DNA from: Candidatus Iainarchaeum sp.
GTDB lineage: Archaea; Iainarchaeota; Iainarchaeia; Iainarchaeales; JAFGBZ01
Length of the DNA: 37,759 nt
Assembly: GCA_043817715.1 (NCBI GenBank)
Contig: JBDRGO010000043.1
Location: 1 to 37,759, forward strand
Direction of reading: 5' to 3'
Shown piece by piece: positions 17,448-26,748 of this stretch; position 1 is the first letter of the stretch, and every line of letters begins with the position of its first letter. The notes under the pieces are model-generated. The model did no database searches. It saw only the letters and a list, made by a program, of their open reading frames with translations, and was not told where the DNA came from. A program made the position numbers and the translations under genes.

Positions 17448-18925
17448 GCTTTCACAGCGAGTTTTTTCTTTAACTGATTGGGAACATTTACATCAACAAT
17501 TGATTTTAATTTTGCAAGCAATTTTCTGGAATCAGATGATTTGACAAAAGCATTTTCCAGAACTTCACTTAAAGTGCTTACAGGAATTAACTTGATTTTT
17601 TCGATTTTTTCTTTCGGCAAAATTACGTCCCCGAAATTGGATTTAGGAATAATCACTTCCTTAAATCCTGCCTTAATTGCAGCATTCACTTTTGCAGTAA
17701 CCCCTCCAACAGGCAATACTTCTCCTCTCACACTTAATGAACCAGTCATTGCAATTGATTGTTTCACAGGAATCCCTTCCAATGCACTAATTACTGCAGT
17801 AACAACTGAAACACTTGCTGAATCCCCTTCAACTCCGCTGTATGCCTGCAAAAATTGTATATGAAGATCATGTGTTGAAATGTCTTTTCCTGAAAGCTTT
17901 TTAATAATGGCTGAAACATTCTGCACTGCTTCTTTTGCAATTTCCCCTAATTTTCCTGTTGCAATAATTTTTCCTTCAGCCGATGATTGTGCAGGTGCAA
18001 CTTCTGCTTCAATAGGCATAATTAATCCTGCATCTCCGTCTCCTGAAACAGCCAAGCCATTAACCCTACCAATTGCATTTCCTTCAAATAAAAAAACTTC
18101 ATATTCTTTTCTTTCAGTTAAATACTGATCAACCATCTGCTGTTCAAGGGTTTTAGCCGACATTTTTGCCTGAAATACATCATCTGCCTCAACTAATTGC
18201 TTTCCTTTTTCCCTTGCAACATCCCCTGCAGCCCTTATTAATCCGCCAAGGTCCCTTAATTTTAAAGTTAATTTGTTTTTTTTACCTGCCCTTCTTTTTG
18301 CCTCAAAAATTATTTCCTGAACTGCTTCAAAAGAAAAATCAGGAATTTTTGTGTCTTTTTTCACTTCCTGCGCAACAAACTGCACTAATTTATTTCTGTT
18401 TTCAACTGAATCCTCCATTTCAAGATTCATATATAATTCATAACCATAACCCCTGATTCTGCTTCTTAATGCAGGATGCACTTTATCCAAATCCTGGTAA
18501 TTTCCCGCAGCAACCAAAACAAAATCACATGGAACTGCATCAGTTCTAGTCATTGCACCGCTTGACATTTCGCTTTGCCCGGTAATTGAATATTTTTTTT
18601 CCTGCATTGCAGTCAATAATTCCTGCTGTGATTTAGGAGTTAAAGTAGCAATTTCATCAATAAATAAAACCCCGCCATTAGAACGATGAATATAACCAGG
18701 CTCAACACGCAAATGAGGAGGAGTTCCTAAACCGCCTGAATTTGAAACCAAAACATCTTCAACAAACAAATTCCCTGTTTCAGTTGTGACGTTATATACG
18801 TGACCTTTGAATGGTTTGGATTCCTTTGAAGAAATTTTTGCATTTTTTGTTTTTAGTTCTTGCATACAACAATTTTCTTCAAAAACCATTAAATATTTAG
18901 CGTTGGAACAGAATTCACTCTGCAA
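17444..18925 (-). CDS. lonB: LonB protease C-terminal fragment: C-terminal intein half (18740-18925) plus C-extein (17447-18739)
   Basis: [22 protein letters not shown]|[15 protein letters not shown]... is followed by the rest of the AAA+ module and the Lon protease domain ([23 protein letters not shown]). The track start is a TTG with a stop 2 codons upstream. ATGs occur at codons 13 and 21. Confidence 0.85.
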   Translation of the reverse strand: MQSEFCSNAKYLMVFEENCCMQELKTKNAKISSKESKPFKGHVYNVTTETGNLFVEDVLVSNSGGLGTPPHLRVEPGYIHRSNGGVLFIDEIATLTPKSQQELLTAMQEKKYSITGQSEMSSGAMTRTDAVPCDFVLVAAGNYQDLDKVHPALRSRIRGYGYELYMNLEMEDSVENRNKLVQFVAQEVKKDTKIPDFSFEAVQEIIFEAKRRAGKKNKLTLKLRDLGGLIRAAGDVAREKGKQLVEADDVFQAKMSAKTLEQQMVDQYLTERKEYEVFLFEGNAIGRVNGLAVSGDGDAGLIMPIEAEVAPAQSSAEGKIIATGKLGEIAKEAVQNVSAIIKKLSGKDISTHDLHIQFLQAYSGVEGDSASVSVVTAVISALEGIPVKQSIAMTGSLSVRGEVLPVGGVTAKVNAAIKAGFKEVIIPKSNFGDVILPKEKIEKIKLIPVSTLSEVLENAFVKSSDSRKLLAKLKSIVDVNVPNQLKKKLAVKA

Positions 18926-19024
18926 TAACTAAATTTATTGAGAATAAGATTAAACGGAAAAAGAGATAGAAATAAACTACAAGAAAAGTTAATGCAATAA
19001 ACAAAAGTATTTTTATTTTTGCAC

Positions 19025-20092
19025 TCAATTTCTTTCACCTTTTAATTCATCCAAACATTTCTTTATTTCTCCATCAAATTTTTGTTTTTTTTCAACACAG
19101 TATTTTAATGGAAAAAGTTTGTGGAATTTTTGGACATTCTTACTGTTGCCTCTGAAAAAAATTCTGTAACCTAAACTCTTTTTTCTATCTTTTCGTCTGC
19201 TGTTTTTATAATTCTGAACTCCAATAAAACCAGTGCATTGAATTCCGAGTTTTTCCATATGATTCATTATCCCTGTTAAAAATTCTTTATGAGAAAATTC
19301 TAATTTATTATGTTTTGATAAACTAAATGAAAAATTCTTGAAATGACTTTTTCCATATTTTGTTGAAACAAACCTAGGAATAGAAACTTCAGCAGCAAAT
19401 AACCCATCAAAAAAAGCCAAAATAAGTTTTTTGCTAAGTGATTCAAATTTTTTAGGAAAAGAATAAAGAACAATTACTTTATCTCCAACTGGAACTCCTA
19501 AAACAACAAAAAACCTAATTACTGCTCGGTCACAAGTTCTTATACAAAAAGCATGACCATATTCACCAACATGAATTAAACTCAGTTTATCTTTAATAAA
19601 AGGAAAAACTTTTACAAAATCATTTTCCCATAAATCAATGTTTTCTTTGACTGAAGAAATAAAAGATAAAGTATTTAAATTTCTGTCAACACACCCATCA
19701 CCATAAATCATTCCAAGCATTCTAAAAACATCTTCAGCATGTTTATGATTTGAAGTAAAAGGCAATAATTCATATTTCTTCAATTTCTCAACTGTTTTCA
19801 AAGCTAAAGGAACTGCTTTTTTTTCTCCTTTAGTATGCCGCCATCTTGTTCTGCCTTGTGGAACACCCAATATTTTAGCACATCTTTTATAACCAAAAGA
19901 AGGATTTTCCTTCATTAATTTCAAGTATTCAGCGTATTTTTTGCATGAGAATTGCTCATCCTTTGAATAAGTATCAATTATATCCTGCTCAGAAACCAAA
20001 ATCATTGTATCTTTATGAAATTGGGTTTTTTGGTTTTTAAAGGATTTGGAAGAGTAGACTTCCGGTGCCAATTTTAAATAATTATTTTTCAT
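19025..20092 (-). CDS. free-standing LAGLIDADG homing endonuclease (double motif) with an N-terminal HTH-like region
   Basis: 355 aa. Motifs LGMIYGDG and LAFFDGLFAAE lie about 100 aa apart. GGAGGTG SD lies 6 nt before the ATG. An in-frame stop sits 20 codons upstream. Confidence 0.8.
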   Translation of the reverse strand: MKNNYLKLAPEVYSSKSFKNQKTQFHKDTMILVSEQDIIDTYSKDEQFSCKKYAEYLKLMKENPSFGYKRCAKILGVPQGRTRWRHTKGEKKAVPLALKTVEKLKKYELLPFTSNHKHAEDVFRMLGMIYGDGCVDRNLNTLSFISSVKENIDLWENDFVKVFPFIKDKLSLIHVGEYGHAFCIRTCDRAVIRFFVVLGVPVGDKVIVLYSFPKKFESLSKKLILAFFDGLFAAEVSIPRFVSTKYGKSHFKNFSFSLSKHNKLEFSHKEFLTGIMNHMEKLGIQCTGFIGVQNYKNSRRKDRKKSLGYRIFFRGNSKNVQKFHKLFPLKYCVEKKQKFDGEIKKCLDELKGERN

Positions 20093-20211
20093 TCCGAACC
20101 ACCTCCAAAAAGAATGAATTTTTTCATGGAACGGTTCAGAATTTTGGCAGTATTAAATCCTTTCGGAGTAAAACGGAGAAAGGTTTAAACTGACAAAATT
20201 CAAGTGTAATT

Positions 20212-20261
20212 ATTTCAATTTCGAAGAAATTGAAATATTTAAAGAACTCAAGTTCTTTAAA
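20212..20261. repeat. two adjacent perfect palindromes in the IntN-endonuclease spacer
   Basis: ATTTCAATTTC-GAA-GAAATTGAAAT at 20212-20236. TTTAAAGAACT-CA-AGTTCTTTAAA at 20238-20261. Confidence 0.9.
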
Positions 20262-20297
20262 TGAAAAAATTCTAAATTGGAGGGGGTGAGGAAAAAA

Positions 20298-21305
20298 TTA
20301 TTTATCTAAAAGAATCAAGTTATCGCTTTCGGAAACATCTTTTGCTTCTTTTTTATTTGGATTGCCAATAACTTTATGCTCAGGCGTAACCGCAATTTCT
20401 TTTCCATTAACATTTAAATGAATCAAGTCTCCATCAAATGGACGTCTATTCAAAGAAAGAATTCTTGAAAGAACTGGTTTATCTTCTTTATAACCAATAG
20501 TATAAATTTTTTCTTCATCTGGAAGCAGTATTGCTTCATAGCCTTTTTCGTTTCTGATAACTTCTTTTCCGTACTTTTCATACATTTCACTCCAAAGCTG
20601 CGGAAAAGGTTTTTTCTCAAATTCAAGTTCATTTTGACCTTCTTTTTGTAAATAAAGCTCTGAGAAGCCAAAACTTTGTAACGGATCATGTCTAACGTCC
20701 CCGAGTAATGCTCCTGCTCTTGCTCCTGTTGCTTCAATGAATGAAGCCATTTTTTTTTCTGAATTATCAATTAATAATTTTGGGGTAGGGTTTCCTGATT
20801 TCATTTTCATTTGGCTTCCTAAAGCAAATGCAATAAATAAAAAACCACCTAAAATCAAAGTTGCTGCATAAACTACATCAGGAATTAAATTCAAATAACT
20901 CCATAAAATAAATGAAATTAAAAAAAAACCTAATGAAAGAATCATTGAAAGTAATCTTGCATTGTCTTCTAATGCTTTTGAATCCAAATTTGCTTTTTCC
21001 ATTATTTTTTTTCCTTCCCCTGCTTTAACTGTAACAATTTTTGGATTATTTGAATCTTTTTCATTCGGATAAACCAATACATCAACCAGCTTGGATACAG
21101 GCATTATTTCAGCCATTGCTGCCGCAAGCATTGATTTCCCTGTGCCTGGAATTCCGACCAATAAAACATTTCTTTTTTGCGCAGCTGCTTTCTTAATTAT
21201 TTCAACTGATTTTTCCTGCCCGATTACCTGCCCAACCATTTTCTTCGGGACAGAAATTTCTTTAGTTGAAGTGAACTTCAATTCAACTGGTTTTTCTTCT
21301 TCCAT
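20298..21305 (-). CDS. lonB: LonB protease N-terminal fragment: N-extein (20676-21305) plus N-terminal intein half (20301-20675)
   Basis: Walker A GIPGTGKS, two TM helices, and GDVRHDPLQ. Then S-FGFSELYL (block A-like) and IAVTPEHKV (block B TxxH), with a stop after 125 intein residues. Confidence 0.85.
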   Translation of the reverse strand: MEEEKPVELKFTSTKEISVPKKMVGQVIGQEKSVEIIKKAAAQKRNVLLVGIPGTGKSMLAAAMAEIMPVSKLVDVLVYPNEKDSNNPKIVTVKAGEGKKIMEKANLDSKALEDNARLLSMILSLGFFLISFILWSYLNLIPDVVYAATLILGGFLFIAFALGSQMKMKSGNPTPKLLIDNSEKKMASFIEATGARAGALLGDVRHDPLQSFGFSELYLQKEGQNELEFEKKPFPQLWSEMYEKYGKEVIRNEKGYEAILLPDEEKIYTIGYKEDKPVLSRILSLNRRPFDGDLIHLNVNGKEIAVTPEHKVIGNPNKKEAKDVSESDNLILLDK

Positions 21306-21361
21306 AATAATAATTATACTATAAATGAATAATTAAAAAGCTTTGTTGGGAGTAATTAATC

Positions 21362-22267
21362 ATGAAACTTACTTTTTTAGGAACAAGCGGCTCAACCCCT
21401 ACAAAGGATCGGGGCCTTACAAGCGTTGCTTTATCATTTGACGGAAAAGTATTTTTGTTTGACTGCCCTGAAGGAACGCAAAGACAGATGATGAAGGCAA
21501 AAGTTTCTTATATGAAAATAAAATATGTTTTCATTTCGCATTTTCATGCAGACCATTTCCTTGGCTTGCCTGGATTAATTGCTACAATGGCAATCCATGG
21601 AAGGACAGAGGACCTGATTGTTTTCGGCCCTGAAGGAATTGAAAAAAAAATAAGGGACTTGATTAAGGTAAGCGGATTTGCATTGACTTTTGAGGTAAAA
21701 GGAAAAGAATTAAGGCAGGGCATTATTTTAAAGGAAGAAAAATTTTCAGTCACTTCATTCAGGTTAAAGCATGAAATCAGCTCTTTTGGTTTTGCTTTCA
21801 AGGAAAAAGACAAGGAAGGGGAATTTGTAAGGAAAAAAGCAGAAGAGTTGGGAATTCCGGTAGGGCCATTGTATTCAAAGCTTGCTGAAGGAAAAAAAAT
21901 AAAATTACAGGGAAAAACCTTTTCTCCTGAAATGGTAATGGATTATTCAAAGGCAAAAAAAGGAAGAAAAATTTCAGTTGTATTTGATACAAGCCCACTT
22001 AATTCAATTTTGAAATTTGTTTCCGATAGCGATATCCTGATTCATGAATCGGCTTTTTTGGAAGAGCATAAGGAAAGGGCAAAAGAAACATTTCATTCAA
22101 CTGCAAAAGAAGTTGGAAAATTAGCATTAAAGGCAAAAGCAAAGGGACTGTATCTGATTCATTTCAGCCCGAGGGTAAAAGAAGTGAAGAAATTCGAAAA
22201 TGAGGCATGCATGGAATTTCCTAATGCAAAAATTGCAATTGATTTGGATGAATTGGAAGTGAAATAA
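21362..22267 (+). CDS. rnz: ribonuclease Z (tRNA 3' endonuclease)
   Basis: 301 aa with LTFLGTSGSTPT...FDCPEGTQRQ...HFHADH. Confidence 0.85.
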   Translation: MKLTFLGTSGSTPTKDRGLTSVALSFDGKVFLFDCPEGTQRQMMKAKVSYMKIKYVFISHFHADHFLGLPGLIATMAIHGRTEDLIVFGPEGIEKKIRDLIKVSGFALTFEVKGKELRQGIILKEEKFSVTSFRLKHEISSFGFAFKEKDKEGEFVRKKAEELGIPVGPLYSKLAEGKKIKLQGKTFSPEMVMDYSKAKKGRKISVVFDTSPLNSILKFVSDSDILIHESAFLEEHKERAKETFHSTAKEVGKLALKAKAKGLYLIHFSPRVKEVKKFENEACMEFPNAKIAIDLDELEVK

Positions 22268-22960
22268 ATGCAAACACTTCTTCTGGCCGCAGGGAAAGGA
22301 ACTCGAATGCTTCCATTAACTAAATCAATTCCTAAATGCTTAATTGAATTAAATGGAAAGCCTTTGATTGAATGGATTTTATTGGAATTAAAGAAAGCAA
22401 ATGTAATGGAATGCTTTATTGTTGTTTCATATAAAAAAGAAAAAGTGAAAGAATTCCTTGGAAATGAATTTAAAGGAATTAAAATCAATTATATTTTACA
22501 GCCAAAACCATTAGGCACAGGGGATGCAGTGAAAAAAGCAAAAGGAAAAATGAAAAAGCATTTTTTGTGTTTGAATGCAGATACTTTATTTAAAGCAGGA
22601 TTAATTAGAAGAATTTTAAGGCAGAATTTGGCCGATGCATTAATTGTTGCAAGGGAAGAAAAGCATCCGGAAAATTTCGGAGTATTGAAAACAGAAAAAA
22701 ACAAGGTTTTGGAAATAATTGAAAAACCAAAGAATCCTGAAAGCAATTTAGTTAATGCAGGAATTTATTTATTTTCAGAAAAAATATTTGATGCTCTTTC
22801 AAAAGTAAAGAAATCCAAAAGAGGAGAAATTGAATTAATTGCAGGAATAAATAAGCTGATTTCACAGGGAAATAAAACTGAATTCATTGAAAGCACTTCA
22901 ATAATTTATGATATTGGCTCAATAGAGGATTTAAGGAAAGCGGAAAAAGAACTTAGATGA
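22268..22960 (+). CDS. sugar-phosphate nucleotidyltransferase
   Basis: 230 aa with LLAAGKGTRMLPLT and GTGDA. The ATG directly follows the rnz stop. Confidence 0.75.
   Translation: MQTLLLAAGKGTRMLPLTKSIPKCLIELNGKPLIEWILLELKKANVMECFIVVSYKKEKVKEFLGNEFKGIKINYILQPKPLGTGDAVKKAKGKMKKHFLCLNADTLFKAGLIRRILRQNLADALIVAREEKHPENFGVLKTEKNKVLEIIEKPKNPESNLVNAGIYLFSEKIFDALSKVKKSKRGEIELIAGINKLISQGNKTEFIESTSIIYDIGSIEDLRKAEKELR
22903..22951. repeat. 49-bp direct repeat, copy 1 (inside the 3' end of the nucleotidyltransferase gene)
   Basis: Identical to 23013-23061. Confidence 0.95.
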
Positions 22961-23012
22961 AAAAAGGCGAACAAAGTGAGCAGGTTTTTGCCAACTTTTT
23001 ACTAAAAAGTTG

Positions 23013-23061
23013 AATTTATGATATTGGCTCAATAGAGGATTTAAGGAAAGCGGAAAAAGAA
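23013..23061. repeat. 49-bp direct repeat, copy 2 (orphan gene 3' end, followed by TTG AAA TAA)
   Basis: Identical to 22903-22951. Confidence 0.95.
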
Positions 23062-23088
23062 TTGAAATAAAAAACACTGAAAAAATTA

Positions 23089-23781
23089 TCACAAATTAAA
23101 TCCTTTTCCGGGCTTCAGTATTATTGGCTTTGTTTTTACATTGCTTTTATTAATTCTTAATGCAAAATCTTTTGCATCTGCTTTAATATGTTCAAATGTA
23201 TTGTAATGCATCGGAATCACCATTTTTGGCTTCATGGATTTTGTTGCCCTTACTGCATCAATTAAGTCCATTGAATTGTTTCCTCCGATAGGAAACAAAG
23301 CAACATCAGGGGATTTTTCAATGAACTTGTCAATTAACTGTGTGTCACCGGCATGAAATATGCTTGTTCCGTCCTTTTCCAGCAGATAACCAACAGGATA
23401 AAACGCATTGGGATGATGAACCGAAGTAATGGTTACATCAACGCCCTTTAAATTAAATTTGCTTCCGTTCGTAATCGGCTTCAAATAATTCGGGGCAATT
23501 TTCAATTCGTTTAAAACAGAATGATGCCCCACAACAATGCAGTTGTTTTTCCGCGTTATTTCTTCAATTGCTTTCTTGTCAAAATGATGCAGGTGCTCAT
23601 GGGTGATAAATATTGCATCAACACCATCCAGTTTATCAACCGAAACAGTTGGGTTAAGCAAAGGAACATATTTTGATGAATAATTGTAAACCAGAGGATC
23701 AATTAAGAATTTGACCCTTCCAAAAGAAACCTGGAAAAAAGAATGACCGAAAAATTTTATTTTTGGTTTTTTTGCTTCCAT
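23089..23781 (-). CDS. MBL-fold metal-dependent hydrolase (UPF0173-like)
   Basis: KIKFFGHSFF, THEHLHHFD, HAGDT. ATG at 23781; the track ORF extends to a GTG at 23820. Confidence 0.75.
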   Translation of the reverse strand: MEAKKPKIKFFGHSFFQVSFGRVKFLIDPLVYNYSSKYVPLLNPTVSVDKLDGVDAIFITHEHLHHFDKKAIEEITRKNNCIVVGHHSVLNELKIAPNYLKPITNGSKFNLKGVDVTITSVHHPNAFYPVGYLLEKDGTSIFHAGDTQLIDKFIEKSPDVALFPIGGNNSMDLIDAVRATKSMKPKMVIPMHYNTFEHIKADAKDFALRINKSNVKTKPIILKPGKGFNL

Positions 23782-23891
23782 CTGATAAAAATAGGTCCAA
23801 ATCGCTTTAAAAATCTTCACTAAAAAAAAATCAATAACTTTTTATTAAGAAAGAACAAAAATAGATTATAAACTCGTGCGGAAGATAAATT

Positions 23892-24698
23892 ATGAATTCA
23901 CCTGAAAAAAAAATGCTTGTTTTTGCAGTTATTATTTTTTTAGCAGTTAATGCCGGCGCAACAAAGCTTGCGAAAAATGAAATAAATGTTTCAATTGACA
24001 AGCAGGGATATACAACAATAACAGAAAATTATTTCATTTTATTTGAATATGCAGGGGATGAAAACCGGTTTCAGGAGCTGCTGCAGAAAAATTCCTCAAG
24101 CCTAAGCTCATGGAGGGCTGATTACAGTTTTCTTTACCCGAAATTTGAAAGTAGCCAGCTAATAATTGACCCAAGCACGGTTTCAATCCAATGGGATGAA
24201 AAAAACAATTCATTTGTCCTGAATTATTCCCTGAAAAAACCGCTTCCAAGGCTGATAAAAGAACAGCCGAGATCTGAAGAATGGGAAATTCCGGATTATG
24301 CATTCATAAATTTTTTGAACAGCGGGCTGATTGAAATACCTGAAAATAATTCAATTGTTTTTTCCCTGCCAAGCAATGCATTGGTGGATATCCAGAAAAT
24401 AAATCCATTGGCAATAATTCAGGGAAACAAAATAACATTAACAGGAATGAGAGCAAATTCACTGGGGCTTGTTTACAGCGTCCAAAAGCAGATTGTACCT
24501 ACAGTAGGCACCGACTTCCTTGAAAAAATTTTATCCGACCCGGCAACAATCCTTTCAATAATGATTGCTTTAGTTCTTGTGATGGGCCTTGCCTACTGGA
24601 AAAGAAAATCAATTGAATCACGCATTGAGAATTTCATTGTAAATAATTCAGAAATCCACGGAAAAGAAGCAGAAGAATTAGAGATAGAGTTTGAATAA
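23892..24698 (+). CDS. hypothetical surface protein (N-terminal signal, C-terminal TM anchor)
   Basis: 268-aa ORF with hydrophobic termini. No recognisable family. Confidence 0.5.
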   Translation: MNSPEKKMLVFAVIIFLAVNAGATKLAKNEINVSIDKQGYTTITENYFILFEYAGDENRFQELLQKNSSSLSSWRADYSFLYPKFESSQLIIDPSTVSIQWDEKNNSFVLNYSLKKPLPRLIKEQPRSEEWEIPDYAFINFLNSGLIEIPENNSIVFSLPSNALVDIQKINPLAIIQGNKITLTGMRANSLGLVYSVQKQIVPTVGTDFLEKILSDPATILSIMIALVLVMGLAYWKRKSIESRIENFIVNNSEIHGKEAEELEIEFE

Positions 24699-24699
24699 A

Positions 24700-25188
24700 T
24701 CAGTTTTTAAATTTCAGTTTTACCGCAATTTTTCCGCCACATACATCGCATTCCCGCATGCCTGATTCAAAAGAAAACTTTTTTCTGCACTGAATGCACT
24801 GCTTTTCAAAAACAGCCTCTTTTTGGATTCCTTCCATCAAAACAGGCTGAAATTTTATTTTATTATGCGACAAAAAATTCTGCAAAGAATAATCATCAGT
24901 TAAAACCTTGAAGGATTTTTTTTCTTTTTTTAATTCCAGCGCCAAAGCACATAATTCCCTGTCCGCATTCGACAAACGCGGGCTTAAAGAGGATGCATTG
25001 ACTTTGTCAAGGAATTCCTGCTTCGGCTCAATTATTTTCAGCTTTTCCTCATTTACCGCATTTTCAGCAAGAATTTTTGTGCTTAAATCCAGAAACTCGC
25101 CTAAAACAGAGGGAACAGTAATAAACTGCTTTCCTTTCTCAAAGCCAAGGCCGTTAATCAGATAAGCGGCATCAATCACAAAAAGCAT
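24700..25188 (-). CDS. nob1: Nob1-like endonuclease (PIN domain + zinc ribbon)
   Basis: MLFVIDAAYL PIN N-terminus and a C-terminal CIQCRKKF...CDVCGG ribbon. Confidence 0.7.
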   Translation of the reverse strand: MLFVIDAAYLINGLGFEKGKQFITVPSVLGEFLDLSTKILAENAVNEEKLKIIEPKQEFLDKVNASSLSPRLSNADRELCALALELKKEKKSFKVLTDDYSLQNFLSHNKIKFQPVLMEGIQKEAVFEKQCIQCRKKFSFESGMRECDVCGGKIAVKLKFKN

Positions 25189-25284
25189 ATTATCCCTTAT
25201 ACTTATTTATCCATTATACTTATTATTAAAAACAATTATTACTTTAATTAAAAAACCAGATAAGGCAAAAAAGAGGCACAAAGA

Positions 25285-26748
25285 ATGGAATTAAACCAAA
25301 AAGTTTCGGCCTTAAGCGAAATTGAAAGAAAAACGCTTAAAGCAGTGGATGAAGGAAAAAAAACAATTGAAGAAATTGCAAAAAGCACTTCACTGAATTC
25401 TGATTCAGTCAGAAGGGCAACAGCATGGCTTGAAGAAAAAAAATTAATTGAATCAAAAGAGGAAAAAAAAACAAGAATTTGCTTAACTGAAAAAGGGTTT
25501 CAAGCGCTGAAAAAAGGATTGCCTGAAGAGCAGTTAATGAATTCAATGAAAGAAAAAATTTCCTTGAATGAATTACAGAAAAAAACCGGGCTTGGAAAAG
25601 AAATCAATGCAGCAATGGGCACAGCAAAAAGAAATGCATGGATTTCAATAACAAAAGAAGAAAATGGATTAATGATTGAAAGCACCGGTTTATTTGAAGA
25701 AACAAAAGACAAAGTCGGACTGAAAAAAGAATTAAAAAAAATAAATGAAACTGCATTGAATTCAGAAGAAAAAGAAAAAATAATTCCTGAAGAAAAAGAA
25801 CTGCTTTCAAGGGGATTGATTGAAAAAAAAACTGAATCAATAAAGGAATTTTACTTAAGTGAAGAAGGAAAAAACGCAATTTCCTTGAAAGAATTTTCTT
25901 CAGCAAGAATATTTAATATCTATGATCCAACACCTGCAATTTTCATCGGAAAAAAACAGCCATACATTCAGTTTTTGAATTCAGTTCGGGCAAAATTAGT
26001 TGAAATGGGTTTTCAGGAAATGGAATCACCATTAATTGTTCCTGAATTTTATAATTTTGATGTTTTATTTCAACCACAAAACCATCCTGCAAGGACATGG
26101 ACTGATACTTATCAATTAATTAATCCAAAAAAAGGAAAACTTCCCGATAAAAAGAAAGTAAAGGCAATTAAGGACGCGCATGAAACAGGCGGAGTAAGCA
26201 TGTCATCTGGATGGGGCTATACCTGGCTGGAAGAAATTGCCGAAAAATTAATGCCAGCAGCCCATGGCACGGCGCACAGCGCAAGAAAACTGGTTGAAGG
26301 CCCTGAAATTCCTGCAAAATATTTTGCCATAGCAAGATGCTTCCGCCCTGATGTTTTGGATGCAACGCATTTAATTGAATTCAACCAGACAGACGGATTT
26401 ATTGTTGGAGAAAAATTAAATTTTCGCCATTTGCTTTCAACATTAAAACAATTTGCAATAGAAATTGCAGGAGCAGAAGAAGTCAAATTCCTTCCTGATT
26501 ATTATCCGTTCACGGAGCCATCAGTTCAGATTTCAGCAAAACACCCGAAACTCGGATGGGTTGAATTGGGAGGAGCAGGAATGTTCAGGCCTGAAATGCT
26601 TGAAAATTTAGGAATTAAAGGACAGGCAATTGCATGGGGAATCGGAATTGACAGGCTGGCGATGTTCAAGCTTGGAATAAAGGACATCAGATATCTTTTC
26701 TCAAATGACTTAAATTGGTTAAGAAAAACTCCTTTGGTGATTGATTAA
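25285..26748 (+). CDS. pheS: phenylalanine--tRNA ligase alpha subunit (archaeal type)
   Basis: 487 aa with FQPQNHPARTWTDTY, FRPD and YYPFTEPS. Confidence 0.9.
   Translation: MELNQKVSALSEIERKTLKAVDEGKKTIEEIAKSTSLNSDSVRRATAWLEEKKLIESKEEKKTRICLTEKGFQALKKGLPEEQLMNSMKEKISLNELQKKTGLGKEINAAMGTAKRNAWISITKEENGLMIESTGLFEETKDKVGLKKELKKINETALNSEEKEKIIPEEKELLSRGLIEKKTESIKEFYLSEEGKNAISLKEFSSARIFNIYDPTPAIFIGKKQPYIQFLNSVRAKLVEMGFQEMESPLIVPEFYNFDVLFQPQNHPARTWTDTYQLINPKKGKLPDKKKVKAIKDAHETGGVSMSSGWGYTWLEEIAEKLMPAAHGTAHSARKLVEGPEIPAKYFAIARCFRPDVLDATHLIEFNQTDGFIVGEKLNFRHLLSTLKQFAIEIAGAEEVKFLPDYYPFTEPSVQISAKHPKLGWVELGGAGMFRPEMLENLGIKGQAIAWGIGIDRLAMFKLGIKDIRYLFSNDLNWLRKTPLVID

Larger units (their letters stand above)
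18740..20675 (-). mobile_element. intein locus in lonB, broken into IntN, a free-standing homing endonuclease gene, and IntC
   Basis: The boundaries are set by the LonB sequence GDVRHDPLQ|S...N|SGGLGTPPH. Confidence 0.8.

Noticed and set aside
18740-20675. A contiguous (non-split) Lon intein broken only by a sequencing frameshift.
   Set aside because: The N fragment is in a different frame from the endonuclease and C-fragment ORFs. The latter two share a frame but are separated by stops at 19025 and 18929, and another in-frame stop lies at 20153. The 205-bp and 100-bp gaps are AT-rich with palindromes and an SD. Several independent changes would be needed, so one error cannot explain it. Read-level confirmation is still desirable.
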